Of a stretch of DNA of 64,000 bases, positions 1 to 14,017 are shown in pieces. The stretch comes from Raillietiella orientalis (taxonomy: Eukaryota). The translations under genes and the position numbers were made by a program. The stretch's first letter is position 1, and each line of letters starts with the position of its first letter. Below the pieces are notes generated by a model, which saw nothing but the letters and a program-made list of their open reading frames with translations, was not told the origin of the DNA and did not search any database. The DNA lies in NCBI GenBank assembly GCA_036172245.1, contig JAYWIR010000005.1, forward strand, positions 1,984,001 to 2,048,000. Direction: 5' to 3'.

Positions 1-3000
1 CTATCCCAGATCCTTCGCCCTTTTGACACAAGATGCAGCCTTGGGAAGTGCATCACGCACCGTACCATAAAGAAGCATGGATTTTGGAGGTCTTTTCAAA
101 TTACAAGCAATGGTTCGGAAGTCTTGAAACAACAGTAGGTTCTCTCTCACCAAAGATGTCGGCAAATATTCTTTAGTGTCAGAAATGCTGCAAGGAGTTA
201 GAGCTTCACCTCATCCTTTGCTTGTAACATCTTGCTGTTATTTTTTTTATGCATCTTGTGAATTCTCACCATGTCATGATGATGATCACTAGATGTAGCA
301 CAACCAGAACAATCTGCAAGCTTCGCAACTGCACAACACCCCCAAGGATGCGCGTTTCCTCCATTCGTGATGTACTTCTCAAATCTTCCCCTCCTTACTG
401 TTAAATCCATTCTTTCATTCTTCCATTTGCTTGAAACCGCCAGTTTGATGAGTTTGTCTTCGAGACGAAGTAGCATTTCCTCTCGGGAATGCACCGCATT
501 GCATTCGCACCAATGGTATGAGAAGCTGCGATCTCTGCAAGCTGGGAGTGACTTGCGACCCTTTGCAAACGGCTGATCGTTTTGCCTCAGTTCCACGCTT
601 TGGCTGCCTGCTGGCTCCGCATGCTTCCGGTAGAAAGAAAAGCCTCCACACGCTCTGGCCTGCCATCATACCATCCAGTCGCTTTTCTGGGTTTATGGTT
701 GTGTTACTTTCGGGCGGGAATTTTCCTGAAGGAAATTCTTACCAAGGCTCCAAAGAGTAAAGTTGTTTCTCAAGCCGAAACCACTGGAGTAATGTCTCTG
801 TTTTTTTTTTTTTTATGCTAAAGACAAGCGTGACAATAAAACAAAAGAAGCAGTAGGGATTCTGGAAAGACCGCAAATTGTGAGGATGCTTCCGTGTCCG
901 TTGCAGTTTTTACTCCAGAAACAAGAGTTGTCTCTGGAGACCGCACATCTGAGATTCGAATTTGAAGAAAGTCCCTCGATGGAACACGAAGTGCTTTCGA
1001 CCAGAGTATCGTTGGTTCTTACTGGAGATTTCGAGATGTGAAAGCGTTCCACACGGTCGTTTCTCTATTGTGGAACAAATTTTGATGACCATAATGGCCA
1101 TCAAAATTCTCCCAGAAAATGTTGGGAAATCGTCATTCTGAAAGATTTCCCAACTCGCACCTCCATGCGTGTGCTAATGCCTTTAAGAATTGCAAGTAGG
1201 TTTCTTTCGTTTGACCTAAAGCGAAGCGGAGGAACGGTAAAAAGTCCACTTGGCTTATTTTAAACATCTGCAATCTCTCTCATCCGATGAGTCTGGCAAG
1301 TTCTTCGTCGATCTGTGCTGAATATCCAGCTTCGTGTCTGAATGCCTCTACACTTCTTCAGAACGCTTCTCAGCTATGCTCCCAGCATGCTCGTGGCTCG
1401 GAAAGTTCATGGAGATAAAGACACGCGGGCGAGAAAAAGTTTTACTGCCAAAACTACTCTTTCAATTTCCAATGCAGAAAACTTTTCTTTCAATTCTTCG
1501 GATGGGGCCGTTCAGCTCACCGCTGCAGAGAGACCACCACTTCTCCAAGTGCGCGCGTGCTAGCGCCGCGTAAGTGCCATCGGAGTGCAAAGTCATCACC
1601 CGTGTTTGGAAAGGTTCCCACGAGCTTCAGGCAGCGTCGCCTTTGATTCTGCCACACAGTTCTGCCACGCCCACCAACAGCGGAGACAGTGATTTTCAAT
1701 CCTGAAGACAGGAAAGTCACCGTCGCGATTTTATCGGTTTCCTGTCTGGAGGAGTGGATGACGGTTTTGGAAGATGACTCCGTGCTCTCGAAACGTTCAA
1801 GTGCGCACCCACTGTATAAACGATGTTGTTCATGGATCAGATCATGAGGTGTCTAAGCGGTAACACAGACAACATTTGGCTTCTGAAGTGCGTGACCTTT
1901 GCGACCCTTTGATCTTTGCAACTTTGTTGACACAAGTGTACTGCTGCAGAGTAGCCAGAGTTCTCGCCCTAGTTGTTGATCCTCCTACCAATTATGCCAA
2001 ATCTCTTCTCTTTTTGGTCATTGTCCTCCGCACTCACAAGACCAGCAAGAACGCTGGGAAACTGCTTCTCGCATGGCAACGAATCACGACGACTTCTTCG
2101 CATCGCCGGTTCACCCTCTTGCAATGAGCACAGAACACGCATGGACTTCATTGCGCAATCCAGAGCTCTTCACTGGTGTGAAGAACGACCTTTAAACTTG
2201 CACATCCATTTTTATCGCCATTGCAATGTTACAGCAAGCTGTGGCTTGCTGGACCATGGACTAACCATCTCAGTAAACACGACTCCACGTGTTTCGAATC
2301 ATTTTCAAACAGAATATGCGCATTATTTATTTCATGTAAGCGTTTATAGAAGCACGTTACCATAGCAGCGATTCCATCCAACGATGGAATCGTATCCCAT
2401 TCTTTTCCCATCCTCGGATAGCGCATGCTGCTCAGAAAACAAATTATGGACAATGCAGATGGCGTTGCAGCCAGTTTGGTGTTTTTTTTTTTTTGATCCA
2501 TCTTGCAACCACATTTTACAGCCCATCTCAACTCGGAAATTTTCCTGTATCTGACGACTCTGTGACTGCGAAGCTGGAAGTAAATATCGATTTGTAAGCT
2601 ACGGATAGAAACGGGGGCTGCAGGATAGCATAGACCCGTCGGGAAGAGAATGATGGATATCTCGTCTCTATGATTGTCGACAAACGGTTGACTGCCGGAG
2701 ATCCGTGGGGCCACAGTCCCCACGAAAGGAACACATAAGTGCTGGTTGCGGAGCGCAGCATGCGAAACTCTGTGCAGTTTGGTTCTTTCTTAGTAGAGGT
2801 GAGAGTCTGCAGCAAAACCGAAAGGTCCTATCCCTGGGTATGAAACCACAAGGATGGCACTTGATCCTATACGTATCTTATCCTACGACGACACAGACCG
2901 TGGCTTCCACCCGCACTTTGTAGTTTGCTAAACCTTACAGCGTTTAGAAACGTTGCTATCGCTAAGGTATACAAAGAATTGTCCTCCTTGTAGATAATCT

Positions 3001-5660
3001 CGCCTACTTTAAGACAGCTGATTGTATGCGTTTCTCCCTCTCATTTCCTGGCTGCAACAGGTCTTCTCTCTCTCTCTGAGAAAAGCTCTACACGGCAAAT
3101 TAAAGTTCGCTTGCTGACTAATAAGGGCGCGTGATTTCCCTGAGAAGGTTTGAGGTTTGGAAGAGCGTTTTCAGCCCGCCGGAAATTTTTAAAAAGTTCA
3201 ACTAAGGGATCATGGGATCTTTTTGAAAAGTTTCCGTTTAAATTCTATGGTGATCGGATGATGAGGGATACCAAAGCTAAGAATACGAACCATCCTCCTC
3301 CTCTTTTATTTTTTTATAACAGCTGGGCATTTCCTACTTTTTTCTAGCAGTGTCTGCACCTATTCGGTGCGTTCCCATTCTGGAATTCGAGTAAAATGGG
3401 AACCTCCAAACGCGTACACGACGAATTTGTGCAGCGGTCAGCGGGCTCATACGTCACTTGCCCACGAAAACTGACGTTTATACATCACTGATCGACATCG
3501 AATAGCTGCCTCTCTTTCGAGATTCCTCCGTTCTCAAGTGCAACAGAGGCAGCGTTTCTGTGGAAACTCTGTCCTCCAATATCATGTGCTGCCTAATACT
3601 CTAAACAGATATGACATGACTGCAAATCGAATTCACCGATAATTAATTACGTGCACTAATCAAGTATCCTACATTGACTAACCAAGTATCATACATACAT
3701 TTACGTAATTTTTTGCACAAATATCGGACAGTACAGAGTAAAATTCAAAGCTGCTTTCAGTTCCGTCTACGAATTCTCAACTTGATGCTCTGACATTTCG
3801 ACATTTTTGTTAGAAAGTCGCAAAATTAGCCGGAGACATATTCTTCTGCGTTTCCAAAGCTCAGGAAAACATCGGAAATGTTTTGTTTGGCTCCCAAGCG
3901 AATCCACAGCCGGCGTCTGAAACGCTTGGGCACGTGGCCAGTAGAAAAAATCCCGACAGCACCAGCGACAGTTTCCAAGGCAGCGGATCTGGTAATCATT
4001 TGAGGATCCCGTCGATCAACCGGGCACGTGAAATCCAAATTGAGCCTGCAGTCGCCTCCAGAGTCGATCACCTAATGCTTCTCTACCAGAGGGGGGTCTC
4101 AGTTGCATCCCTGTTTCCAAAGGCATTTGGTCCCGTGGTGACTCCAAAACTCTATTCGGAACAGCCTGGAAAACAATCCCGTCCGATTTTGCGATAGTGT
4201 GACTGCCTCCGTATCTGGCATCTCGTAGCTATTCAGTCTAGCAGACTCCGGAAGGAGTCTCTTTCGGTGGCGACACGGAGGTGGAGACACCATCAGATGG
4301 AACACCGTTGCATCTTCGCCGAGGTTTGCGAAGCTGCTCTCGAAGCCTCTCATTTGAGAGCGCGTGTCCTTCCGGCTTCTCGTACCACAGCATAGTCATC
4401 CTTCAAAGACAAACTGAGGTCAGGTGCTCTCGCCACCTGGATGCCTATCGCTTGGTTTTGTTTTGCTTTCCGTTCCTAAGAACTATGGGAAGAAGGGGAG
4501 CGTCCATTTCCATCCTGGGGACGAATCGATACGCGTCCTCAGGATTGCTTGCATCCTAGCATGGAGTCGAGATTACGCGACCCTTCGAGCATATTGCCGG
4601 ATTACCAAAAGACTTTATGAATTTCTGCTTAAGCCTGTTCCCAATTTCTTCGCCTTCGTATGGATTTTGTTTTTTTTTTTGCTTTTCACATCTTCACAAT
4701 TGATTTCAGCTCTACAATGTCTCTTATTGCTTTGATTAATCCCCAATTCCCTGCTTAGTTTATGGGAATTTATTACCCATTATTAGAGATAAACTTTCCC
4801 CATGAACTGTGATGCATGGATAACATGGCTGGTTTGCGCAAAAAAATCCTCCGTTCTCCTTTCTTTCTTTCCTTTTGCGATCCTTCTCAGACCATAAATT
4901 ATCTGTATCAGTTTCAGTTTTCTATGAGGACACGCATCCTTCTGAGGCGATTGCTCGTACCAATCCATAAGGACAGCTGACAATAATTCTTGACTCGCTC
5001 CAGGATGTAGATTTCAGATGCTCTCAGGCGTTCTTTACCGGGGGGACGGTAGTTCAGAAAGGCACAAGTAGTTCTGGTGATGAAGCGACCGTGCGACTGC
5101 GTGGTTTCTCCATCATGGTGACCCCAAAATTTGAAAGTGCCCATCGCTGATCCATACTGATGCGTCTTCCTCGGCCGTAATGGGTTCAAATTCGTACTGC
5201 CTTTCAGGTTTCATGTAAAGGAATGGTTTCGTTTGTTCATCCAGATGGATGACGATTGGAATCTCATGGAATAAGCCATGCTAAGCGACAGGATAGGGAC
5301 AAACGGTCATCCAAATCGGTTTGGTTTGGGGAAAACGGGAACACATATCTCCAATCCGTGTTGCTTCAGGGAATGCCTGAGGCGTCCCAAATCAACAACA
5401 ATAAGACTTCGTCCCCCAATCTCTTTTCAAAGCGGCTTCAATCTTTCCCTGGAGCTACCCGTTGGGGAATGTGCCTGTTCCACGAATGGCAAAGTATCTT
5501 TGTTGACTGGAGGAAAACTCGCTGCTTTCGAGGGATGTGCTTTCCCCTGAGCTTTTCTTAGGTTGCGGCGCAGGCGAACACGCGTTTCATCAAGGCTTTA
5601 TCTGACCGACGGAGTAGTTCTTGGAAAGGGTAAACCAGATGAAACATGTGTGTTTTTCAG

Positions 5661-5770
5661 ATCAACCATCAATGGCTACTGGGACCCGAGCTCTGTGATA
5701 TGTGGACCTCATGTGATGTTCTGTGCTGCACCGCGTCCATCTTGCATCTTCTGGCCATTGCAATCGATCG
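5661..5770 (+). CDS. 5-HT1: 5-HT1-type serotonin receptor (class A GPCR), internal exon encoding ECL1-TM3
   Basis: Flanked by tttttcag| and |gtaaat. Translates [36 protein letters not shown](R), with the amine-binding Asp of TM3. Ends in phase 2 (CG) within the Arg of DRY. Confidence 0.93.
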
Positions 5771-6185
5771 GTAAATATGTGCAAGGAAATTCCTGATCGG
5801 TTTCGAAGGACGTCAGCTGCGCGCGGCTATTGGACTGAGGCATTGCGAAAGCCACGACCGGAGGGTCGTGGCTTTCGCAATGCTGACAGAACCTTCCGCT
5901 GGCCTTTAAAGTGCACTGTTCACGTGCAAAGAGCGCAAGAGAGTTCAAAGGTCTCCCCTGGAACTCCCGGTTCGCACAAGAGAGTTGAGAGTGTCGAACA
6001 GCTCTCCCTGGTCCAGAAAACTCTCCTCTCGCATCCAGACCACATTTCCCCATCCGCCCCCGTTCCCCACAAAGAGATCTTTTTGAAACGAATTGCGTGT
6101 CGATGAGTAAAGATAACCTTTCGTCAAATCGGCGGCTGTTGAGCAGGACCTTGACGTTGTTTTTCCCAATGTCGTTCATTTCCAG
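5771..6185 (+). other. GT-AG intron of the 5-HT1 gene (415 bp, phase 2)
   Basis: GTAAAT...TTCCAG; splicing restores the frame across the DRY motif. Confidence 0.9.
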
Positions 6186-6978
6186 ATACTTGGCTGTAAC
6201 AAGGGTTGAATATATTCACACCAGATCAGCCAAGAAGATAGGACTGATGATTGTAGCTGTGTGGGTCATGGCCTTTTCTGTTTCTCTTGGTCCACTGTTT
6301 GGATGGAAGGACCCGGAATTCCTGAAGAGGATTACCGTCCAGAAGCGCTGCCTCATCAGCCAGGATGTGTCTTACCAGGCCTTTGCGACTCTGGCTACTT
6401 TCTACCTACCTCTGGCCGCCATCCTGATCCTGTACTGGAAAATCTTCCAAGTCGCCAGGAAAAGAATACGCAGAAAGGTCGGAAAGGGCATCAGCTTGCG
6501 TCTGGAAAAGAAACCCAATAAGAAAAGAGACGAGGTGCAGAGGAGGAATGCGGTGATGGAGAGGTCCGCCTCTTCGGGAGAAGCAGCAGCCTACAACAAC
6601 GGAACTGCCAACCGACAGCAGAGTCCTTCCAGCGACGTCAGCCGCCTGGCAATCTTGACGCAGTACGAGAACAAGAAGACCAGGAAGAACAAGAAGGAGT
6701 CCCTGGAATCGAAGCGTGAGAAGAAAGCCGCCAAGACCCTGGCCATTGTAACCGGTGTCTTCGTGGTCTGTTGGCTGCCCTTCTTCGTTACGGCCATCCT
6801 TATGCCTTTGTGCAAGACGTGTCACCTCAACGACTACATGATAGGCACCTTCTTGTGGCTCGGCTACATCAACTCCACGCTGAACCCCATCATCTACACG
6901 ATATTCTCCCCTGATTTCAGGACAGCCTTCAAGAGGATTCTTTGTGTGAAAGCGTCTTCCGCATGCTCGCTGAAATAG
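6186..6978 (+). CDS. 5-HT1: 5-HT1-type serotonin receptor, terminal coding exon (end of TM3 to TM7 and C-terminus)
   Basis: Acceptor ttccag|A completes CGA (Arg), giving DRYLAVT. Open frame to TAG at 6976-6978 with YQAFATLATFYLPL, ESKREKKAAKTLAIVTGVFVVCWLPFF and WLGYINSTLNPIIYTIFSPDFRTAFKRIL, typical of invertebrate 5-HT1 receptors. TM1-TM2 exons were not found in the window. Confidence 0.93.
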
Positions 6979-8229
6979 CAGCAGAAGCAAGTTCCATCCT
7001 CCTCCTTGTAGCTGCATTTGACATTGGCTGTAGCCGGAAAAGCAGGGGCTTGCTCAAGAAACATGGGATGGAAGTGTTCTGAGCTATACGTCCCCACAGA
7101 AACACTCAGGTTTCTGTTTTCAGTGAGATCTCACTGTCTGGAAGCTGAACGTAACAGCGGAGCGCGCCTCCCGCGAAACCCCGGTGCTCTCCTGCCGTGA
7201 CACGAGATGTCCACGGGACAGGAAACCAGGTGACTCGCTCGCGGGAATCTTCTCGATGATTTCGAAAGCGAAAGTCCGGAGAACTGCGAGAAACCCACCA
7301 AGCAGTGTCCAGCACTTACGCTTCTCCTTCTACGAGTGACGCTGAGGGAAATGTTCGGCAGCGGTCTTTGCATCCGACCGACCTCCCGGACTCAGCATGT
7401 AGATGACCTTACTGTGATACATTCGCTTCTGTTTCCTTGATAGAAAAATTTGCTGATCGCAACGATCGCTGCAATAAAAAAAGCAATCAATGACTGCAAC
7501 ACAGTGGGCGTGTTGTGGATGCTGGGGCATAAACAAACTTTATCATCGGCTAACCAAACACATCTGTGCTCCACGGTATGCTCTGTTCTTCATTTTTATA
7601 AAGTCAAATTCAGCTGATGTACCATTTCGAGCATCACCAGAAATCACAACAAAATAAAAACTTCTCCCTTCACCTGTACCTATTATTACTGGACCTGTGA
7701 ATCGTTAGGATTTATCACTATCGCGGTCAACTCTCTGTTGCAAAATGTCCTCCTAGATGACGTCCTTCCATCACTTTCTAAGAGGTTAAATAGATGGATG
7801 CAGAACAGCATCCTGAGAATGAAAAGCCCTAATGAGTCCATTTTACATTTCATTTTTCCCCAATGCTTGGTTTTACCGACGCTCCGCGAGTGTTCATCCC
7901 GGTTCACTCTTCAAGGCATCATCCTTGCTCGGAAAAAACGACCAGCCACTCTATCCAGGTCTTCAAAAGTATTTTTCTTCCTCGAAGAATCCCTATGCAC
8001 GCATCCCCATGTCTGCCTAAATCGTCCATACGGTCACGCCAGGGCGTTTATGCAATAAAAGAAACAAACCAGTTGAGGATTCGGTTCCCAGCCGAATAGA
8101 TTCAAGGGAAAAGACCACTGACACGCAGGTCGGGACATCTAGAGCTGAGAACGGAAAGGAGGGAAGTATAAACGAATGACAAAATGGTAAGCGTGGAGAC
8201 ACGTGTCACTGGTTAGTACCATTCCTTCT

Positions 8230-9500
8230 GGAAAAGAAAAACTAGGAAAAGTCTGGAACAGGTGGGGAGAGTGATAAATAAATTAATAAGGAGTCACCGA
8301 TCTCGCCTGTTCCTTCCTCTTAGAGCCGGCGAGGGATGGAGCCGATCTGCGTCTTGAGTTCCTCCACGAGGTGAGGCCACCTAGCAGCCCTGGTCATGTA
8401 GGCGACTGTCACCCGAGTGACCTCCCTTTGCTCCTCTTGCGTCTGCAAGACGTGACCGGCCGTGACGGCCGTGACGCAACACGCCGTCACCATCACTTCA
8501 CCACTCGAGAGACTCCGCACCGCGCGCAAAGAACCGCCTCAGCAGGTCACGAGCGGTGTCTTCCCGTCTCTGGAGCGCCAAAGTCAGCCTTCTCCACAGT
8601 TCGTTGGGGCGCCGCAGTCAGAAAACAGGCGATGGGCGGCAGAGTCAATGCCGCACCTGACCCACATAGTTTGAGGATGCAACCCTTCCGAAGGAGATGT
8701 GCCAGCGCTGATTACACTAAAATCTCTCTCCCGAGTGCAGGAGCAGCAGAGCAGCTTGCCTTCAGCTCAAGGGGAACACAGAAGTGTTCAAACACAAGGG
8801 AGAGATTATGAGTTCGTCCGGGGACACACTTGACAGGTCGGATCACCGACGTAGTCACTTTGCCTGCGGTCGAGGAGTGGCACCAGCCCGCTCATTGTCC
8901 GGTCGCTCAGGGTTTCCGCACAGAACTCCCACCTCGCCGATGGCAACTGTCTTCGCTTGCCCTCAGGGCACATAGTGCTGTGGCAAGGAATATGGAGGCC
9001 AGAAACGAAGTGCCAGCACTGGTTGCACTGGAATAACCCATGCAGAAACTGCAGTGCCTCATCTTTCCATTTAAGCGGTCATACTGACGCGTCCCAGCGT
9101 CACGGAGGGACCACGAATTCGTCGGAAGGCTTAGTCCACAGCTGGCTCCACCGACGAAGTCCCTTCGCCATGGTGCGCGGGGTAGCAGCACTCCCCAATA
9201 AGCCGCCTTGCAACCTCCTAGGATTTCGCCTTTCCTGCAGTGTTGGAGAAACACTCCCGCCCTGCCAGTAGGCAACTTTCGTCTCTTGCCCTGAGGGCAG
9301 CAGTGCTGTGGCAAGAGATGTTCTCAACTTCGGTCCCTCCCCTAAAGGATGACTGAGGAAGATTTACAGGCGACGAAGTTCTACTCGGCGCATTCCTTGG
9401 AAAGCAGCTCAGGACATGACCGCCTCCCACGGGCAAGCAGTTGTATTCAGAGGGCTGCTGGAGACCCATGGATGGGCTTCCAGAAGGGAAGGGAGGTGTC
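8230..9500 (-). mobile_element. Decayed 3' part of L1/Tx1-clade LINE (family L, copy a)
   Basis: Minus strand reads xVRCGIDSAAHRLFSDC...LWRRL (degenerate CCHC zinc-knuckle region) and YMTRAARWPHL, shared with the other copies, followed by a pyrimidine-rich 3' UTR. Confidence 0.65.
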
Positions 9501-11299
9501 TTAGGGGGGAGCCAAATACCTGAATCCTGTACCGGTGGTTCAGTAGCAACTAGAGAAGTTTTTCGTTTATTCAAACTATTGGTACCAAAGTGTCTTCCCC
9601 TACAAGTTTTTCATCTCAATTCTGGCTTGTCTTGTGAAGTCAGATCTTTCCGTTTCATCCTGTTTCTTTGCATTTTTATGACTCTCACTGAAAACTGCAA
9701 GTGCAGTTTACAGTGAGAAGGTCATTCGTGACGCAAACTCGGGAATAAGTTCAGGTGCTTCATTTGCAGGATGAATTCCAGATCATGAATGCTGCTCAAT
9801 TTTTGAAATACTGCTGCAGTAACGGACTCCCATCACGACCACATTCACACATGGTGATCGCACTGCTACTTGGAATTACGCAAATCGGATTCGCTTGACC
9901 ATTCGAATGACCCTTCCTCATGGACTGTCAACACTCGGCATTTCTTTCGGTCAGGAATGGCGCACAATCAAACGATTTAGGAAGAACGGTATTGCGCTCA
10001 GTCAACGTTGTCTATAGGCAAATAGAATTTCTCGATGTGTGCCTTTCATCTCAACACTTTCAATGACTTTGCACCTCAGCACCACCACATGCCTTGGAAC
10101 CAGCCTTCGAACGCGTTACATGCGAAGCCTCCCGGTTTGAATTCCTTGAGCCTCCCTTCTCTAGACCCGGCCCCATGTTTTCTATAAGGAACGAATTACC
10201 CCATCTTTGTGTATTCAGTGCAGAGTTCAATTTTCTGATACAGGTTTACAGCTTCCACCATTCCTCTAGCGATCCGTTTTTAATTCCCTTCAGCGCTTCA
10301 CTTTGTTTCACTTAGCTAGCATACTTCAATAGAGTCCTTTATGCATTTCGATATTTCTTGTACATGTGTGCAGATAAAAGTAGCCACCGAGATACATCGC
10401 AGGGAATCTGTTCAACAACTGACTCTTTTTATCGTGGAATTGTTCGATGGCCCGAACTGCAGCATGAAGGATAGGAATCTCACATTTAGTGCATCCAATA
10501 AGCGCAGTCACTCAGTGACATCTGTTTTCTCGAACCCACCCATACTTGTACAAATCTCACTCTAGCCCTTAACACGACTAGCTTCCTAGTGCAGAATTGC
10601 AGAAGGTAGGTCAGATGCGGTCATTAAATCGATTTCTGGAAATGAGGTCATCAAGTGCTCTAGAGTATGCCCTAGTGCAATGCAGCACAAGTCGATTAAG
10701 GAGAGAATCAAATTCTTGGAGCTTAGAATTCTCATTCACAACACAGCTTCTAAAAAAACGCATGCAGTGTCTTGGGTTCTCATTCTTCATTATGCCAATC
10801 ATCCATTCCGTTGATTTTTGAGAATCCTCATTGTACCTTATCAGCATTAATTAAGCCAGTTTACCGACGCTTTCACATTTATCAACACCCCGGTTGAAAA
10901 AAGCAAAAGAAAAAAAAAAAAAATTCTCAACATACCAATTAGGTGGAAAGTTTCTGGGAGCTCAGTATGAACCAGAATATGCAAATGTGCATTGCATCGA
11001 AAAAGATGAAAAAAAAGTAGAAAAATGAAAAAAGATCAAGTTTCTCTTTTCCGCTGGAATTCCGCAGCTAGAGAAAATTCCTTTTCACTCCCTCAAGAAT
11101 CCAGTTTCTCAGCGCTCCATGTATCAGAAACTGCTTCATTTCAAGTATTTCAAGATTAGAAAACTGGCATTTATAGTGTGCTAAATAAAAAATAGCAGGA
11201 AAAGATTCTCATTTAGAAGACAGCACTGGACCACATAACTGGGTTATGTAAGATTAGAAAGCAGACCTGAAAACATTTCTCAATAGAACAAAACATCCA

Positions 11300-13330
11300 G
11301 AAAAAAACCAAGCCACCTCTAATGGGTTTTAATCCCTTTGTAATTTCAAATGTCTAGCCTTTGATAAGCTTGATTTGGGGATGCCAGGATTCCCAGAAGA
11401 ACCCATAAGACTTACGATGAAAAATTTTCCCGCAAAGTGCACACGATGAAGAGGGGTTGATTGTTCGCAGAGGGGATTTATGCCGAATCCTCCAAATTAT
11501 GATAAGAGAGGAACGAATAAAATGATTTTTTAGTGTGCTGGCATTTCAAGAACCAAGTGTTTCTGTTTTGCCTCGAGGCATCACGAACAGGTCTTCTTCG
11601 GTTGTGTAGGCCGTGCCCAGCAGTCTGGGGTTCCCTATCTGTTGCGTAATCTGGCGAAGCAGGAAATGCATTTAGCCGATCCATGAACATCCCGGCAACT
11701 GCTTTCACGTCTTTCGGGAACAAATGTAGGATCTCACTGCTCGCCAGCAAGTGATTTGATTTTTACGAGAACCATAAGAAAAGTGAACGGATTTCCTGCG
11801 TTTTGTGAAACAGATTCTTTGGCAATCCTGTCCAAAGAAGGATGCATCACAGGTCGACTAAAATTATCCAAGTCCAAAGGGCCCTGTCTGGAAGTGACCA
11901 TTTCGAGCATATTGTTATTCGTACATTTGTTCTGGATAACGGCATTCTTTTTCTGCCGAAGGAGCCAGCAACTGGAAAAGGTTACATGCAGCCTGAGAGT
12001 TTCTACATGGGTCCTTGACTCATTTGCAGCAGGCCACAGCATGAAATTGTGAAAACTCAACAACAAGGTTTCCAGACATCTTAAATCCTGTCACTCTATT
12101 CCCGATCAGCTACCTTGAATTCTACATCTCTTGGTATGCTTTCGAATGTATGAGGAAAGGTAGAATCCAGGAAAGTTCATATTACGGGAACCTCTTCAAA
12201 TGGCTACCGAATACCAAGAAAGTTCCTCTTCACAATCCGTGAATGGCCTCATTTCATTAACAGGAAGTGGAAACTTAGCATTGGCTATTGTAGGGTGATG
12301 AATTGGGTTTATCAAAATGCTCGTATGGAGAGCTACTACGGAGAGAGTAGGTGTCCATGCAAACTGACGTGTTTACGTGGGCATAGCATGGAGAACACTT
12401 CACCATAGCATGGAGAACATACTACAGCTTTATTTCTTTTTTCTTTATTAGCTAGGTCTTTCACTGAGCTGTCCTGATCACAGGGAGAAACCAGCCTCTT
12501 GGTAGCGAATTCCCTTTGAAAGAAAAAGAACTTATTGATTCATAGATATCGACCACGTGGAATGAATCCTTTTGGGGGAAGGTGGTTGATCCTTCGCTCT
12601 TTGCATAAGAGTTGCTTTATTGGTTGTTGCGAAAAATACGAAATCCGCATTTGAACTTTTTGTTCCTCCGACCTAGCTGACCTCACAGTCGGGGTGTGGC
12701 TGACTTTTTCACAGAAAGAACCCAGCTGTTGCTGTCCTCGCACCGTGCAGTCTACGTATCCATTTCGCCAAATGACGTCCTCTTCGCCAGACCGAAGCGG
12801 ATCATGGGAGCTGAGCCATCGCAGAGCCTTTGGCCTGCATCATCTGGAGGTGAGTTCCTACGAGGTCATTTCGAATCTGCGAAGCCCAAACTGAGTTCCT
12901 GTGCTTCTCAGGGGAGTGCGTGCCAATACCTCACAAAGTCTCTAACGCACTCACGGATGACAAAGTTCTAACGAAGACCATTTTGAAAGGCGGAGGCACT
13001 GTCCATGATCTCTAAAAGATGACAGCAAGAACTGCTTGGTCTTCACGTCAATTTCCTGCCACGATCAACAAAAATCGATGACGGAAAAAATACATCGGAA
13101 CAAATGAAGGAATCGATGCTTGCTGAAAGTTTGCAAGTAAACAACCACAGCATCCGCAGAAGTACAGAAAGATGAAACATTCGTCATCACTTTATTCATG
13201 GACCCTGTTTCGTTGAAATCACCCTTGTGATGAAGCGGTGAGATGGAGCCCATGGCCTTTTTGGTCGATTTCCACACCACCGATCCTTCAAGGCTCCCCA
13301 TCAGAGGGATGATGAAATAAGGCAACAGAT
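11300..13330 (-). mobile_element. Highly degenerate L1-like ORF2 relic (APE endonuclease, possibly RT start)
   Basis: HKGDFN (GDFN at 13223-13212), then SVIDF and RDH at APE-like spacing. Downstream similarity is weak (LFPK; FEITKGLK). Confidence 0.4.
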
Positions 13331-13349
13331 GACAGCTTCGATATTAACA

Positions 13350-14016
13350 CCACTTGGGTTTCTCAGCTTCTTCTTTTGGTTCGTTAAGTGCTGAGGAGCC
13401 GTTCGACCAGGGGCTCTCGAAGCTCTTTAACACCGTCCACGTCGCGGGTGCGTGTAACTTTTCAGTTAGGGGTAGGTAGTCCGTAGAGACCACCCTGTGA
13501 AACCAGGAATGCTCTGGAGGAAGGAGTCCTTTCCTCTTATGCTTGGCAGGGGAACCCCGAGAGGAGTCTCTTTCTCGTTCCCTCTGTAAGGACCCCCGGT
13601 GGAAGCCAGTCCATTATTTCTACTCCGAAAGGTAGCTGCAGGGGAACCTCTCCTTGGTAATTCTCTGAAGAGAATCCCGAAGAGACACTCCCACATTTCT
13701 CTGAAAGATCGCTCCCTCAAGGGAGCAGCGCACTTCCTGACGCTCTGGAGAGGCCACCCCCCGAGGGAGGTGTCAACCAGTTCCATGGTATACTCGAGGG
13801 ACGGTTTCCTTTTCACAACCGGGAGGGAACCCCTTGATTCCCGAAGGAGCTCCTTGATTCCCGGAAGGACCGCGGAAAGACCACTTCCAATCCCAGTCAT
13901 TCAAACGGAGCATTCGGTTTCCGGCTTCCACCAGCACCGCACCCGAATGTAGGCCAACCGAGGTCATCTTGCGGGGGAATTCGAACCCACAACACAGCCA
14001 TTTCCCTGGCATCGAT
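13350..14016 (-). mobile_element. tRNA-SINE-like family S, copy 1 (head truncated)
   Basis: Shares tail block gctctttaacac..cacg..gggtgcgtgt, the ccct(a/g)tgaa.ccaggaa block and the internal repeat array with the other copies. GGGTTCGAATTCC on the minus strand near 13975-13988. Confidence 0.8.
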
Positions 14017-14017
14017 C

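Noticed and set aside
1..600. Protein-like minus-strand reading frame (possible transposase relic)
   Set aside because: No diagnostic motif recognised; needs BLASTX or an HMM search.
6097..6185. N-terminal extension of the 293-aa ORF (MSMSKDNLSS...)
   Set aside because: This is intronic read-through; the true exon starts at acceptor 6186.
7473..7658. AATAAA hexamers (7473, 7653) as the 5-HT1 poly(A) signal
   Set aside because: Plausible but embedded in A-runs and not distinguishable without transcript data.
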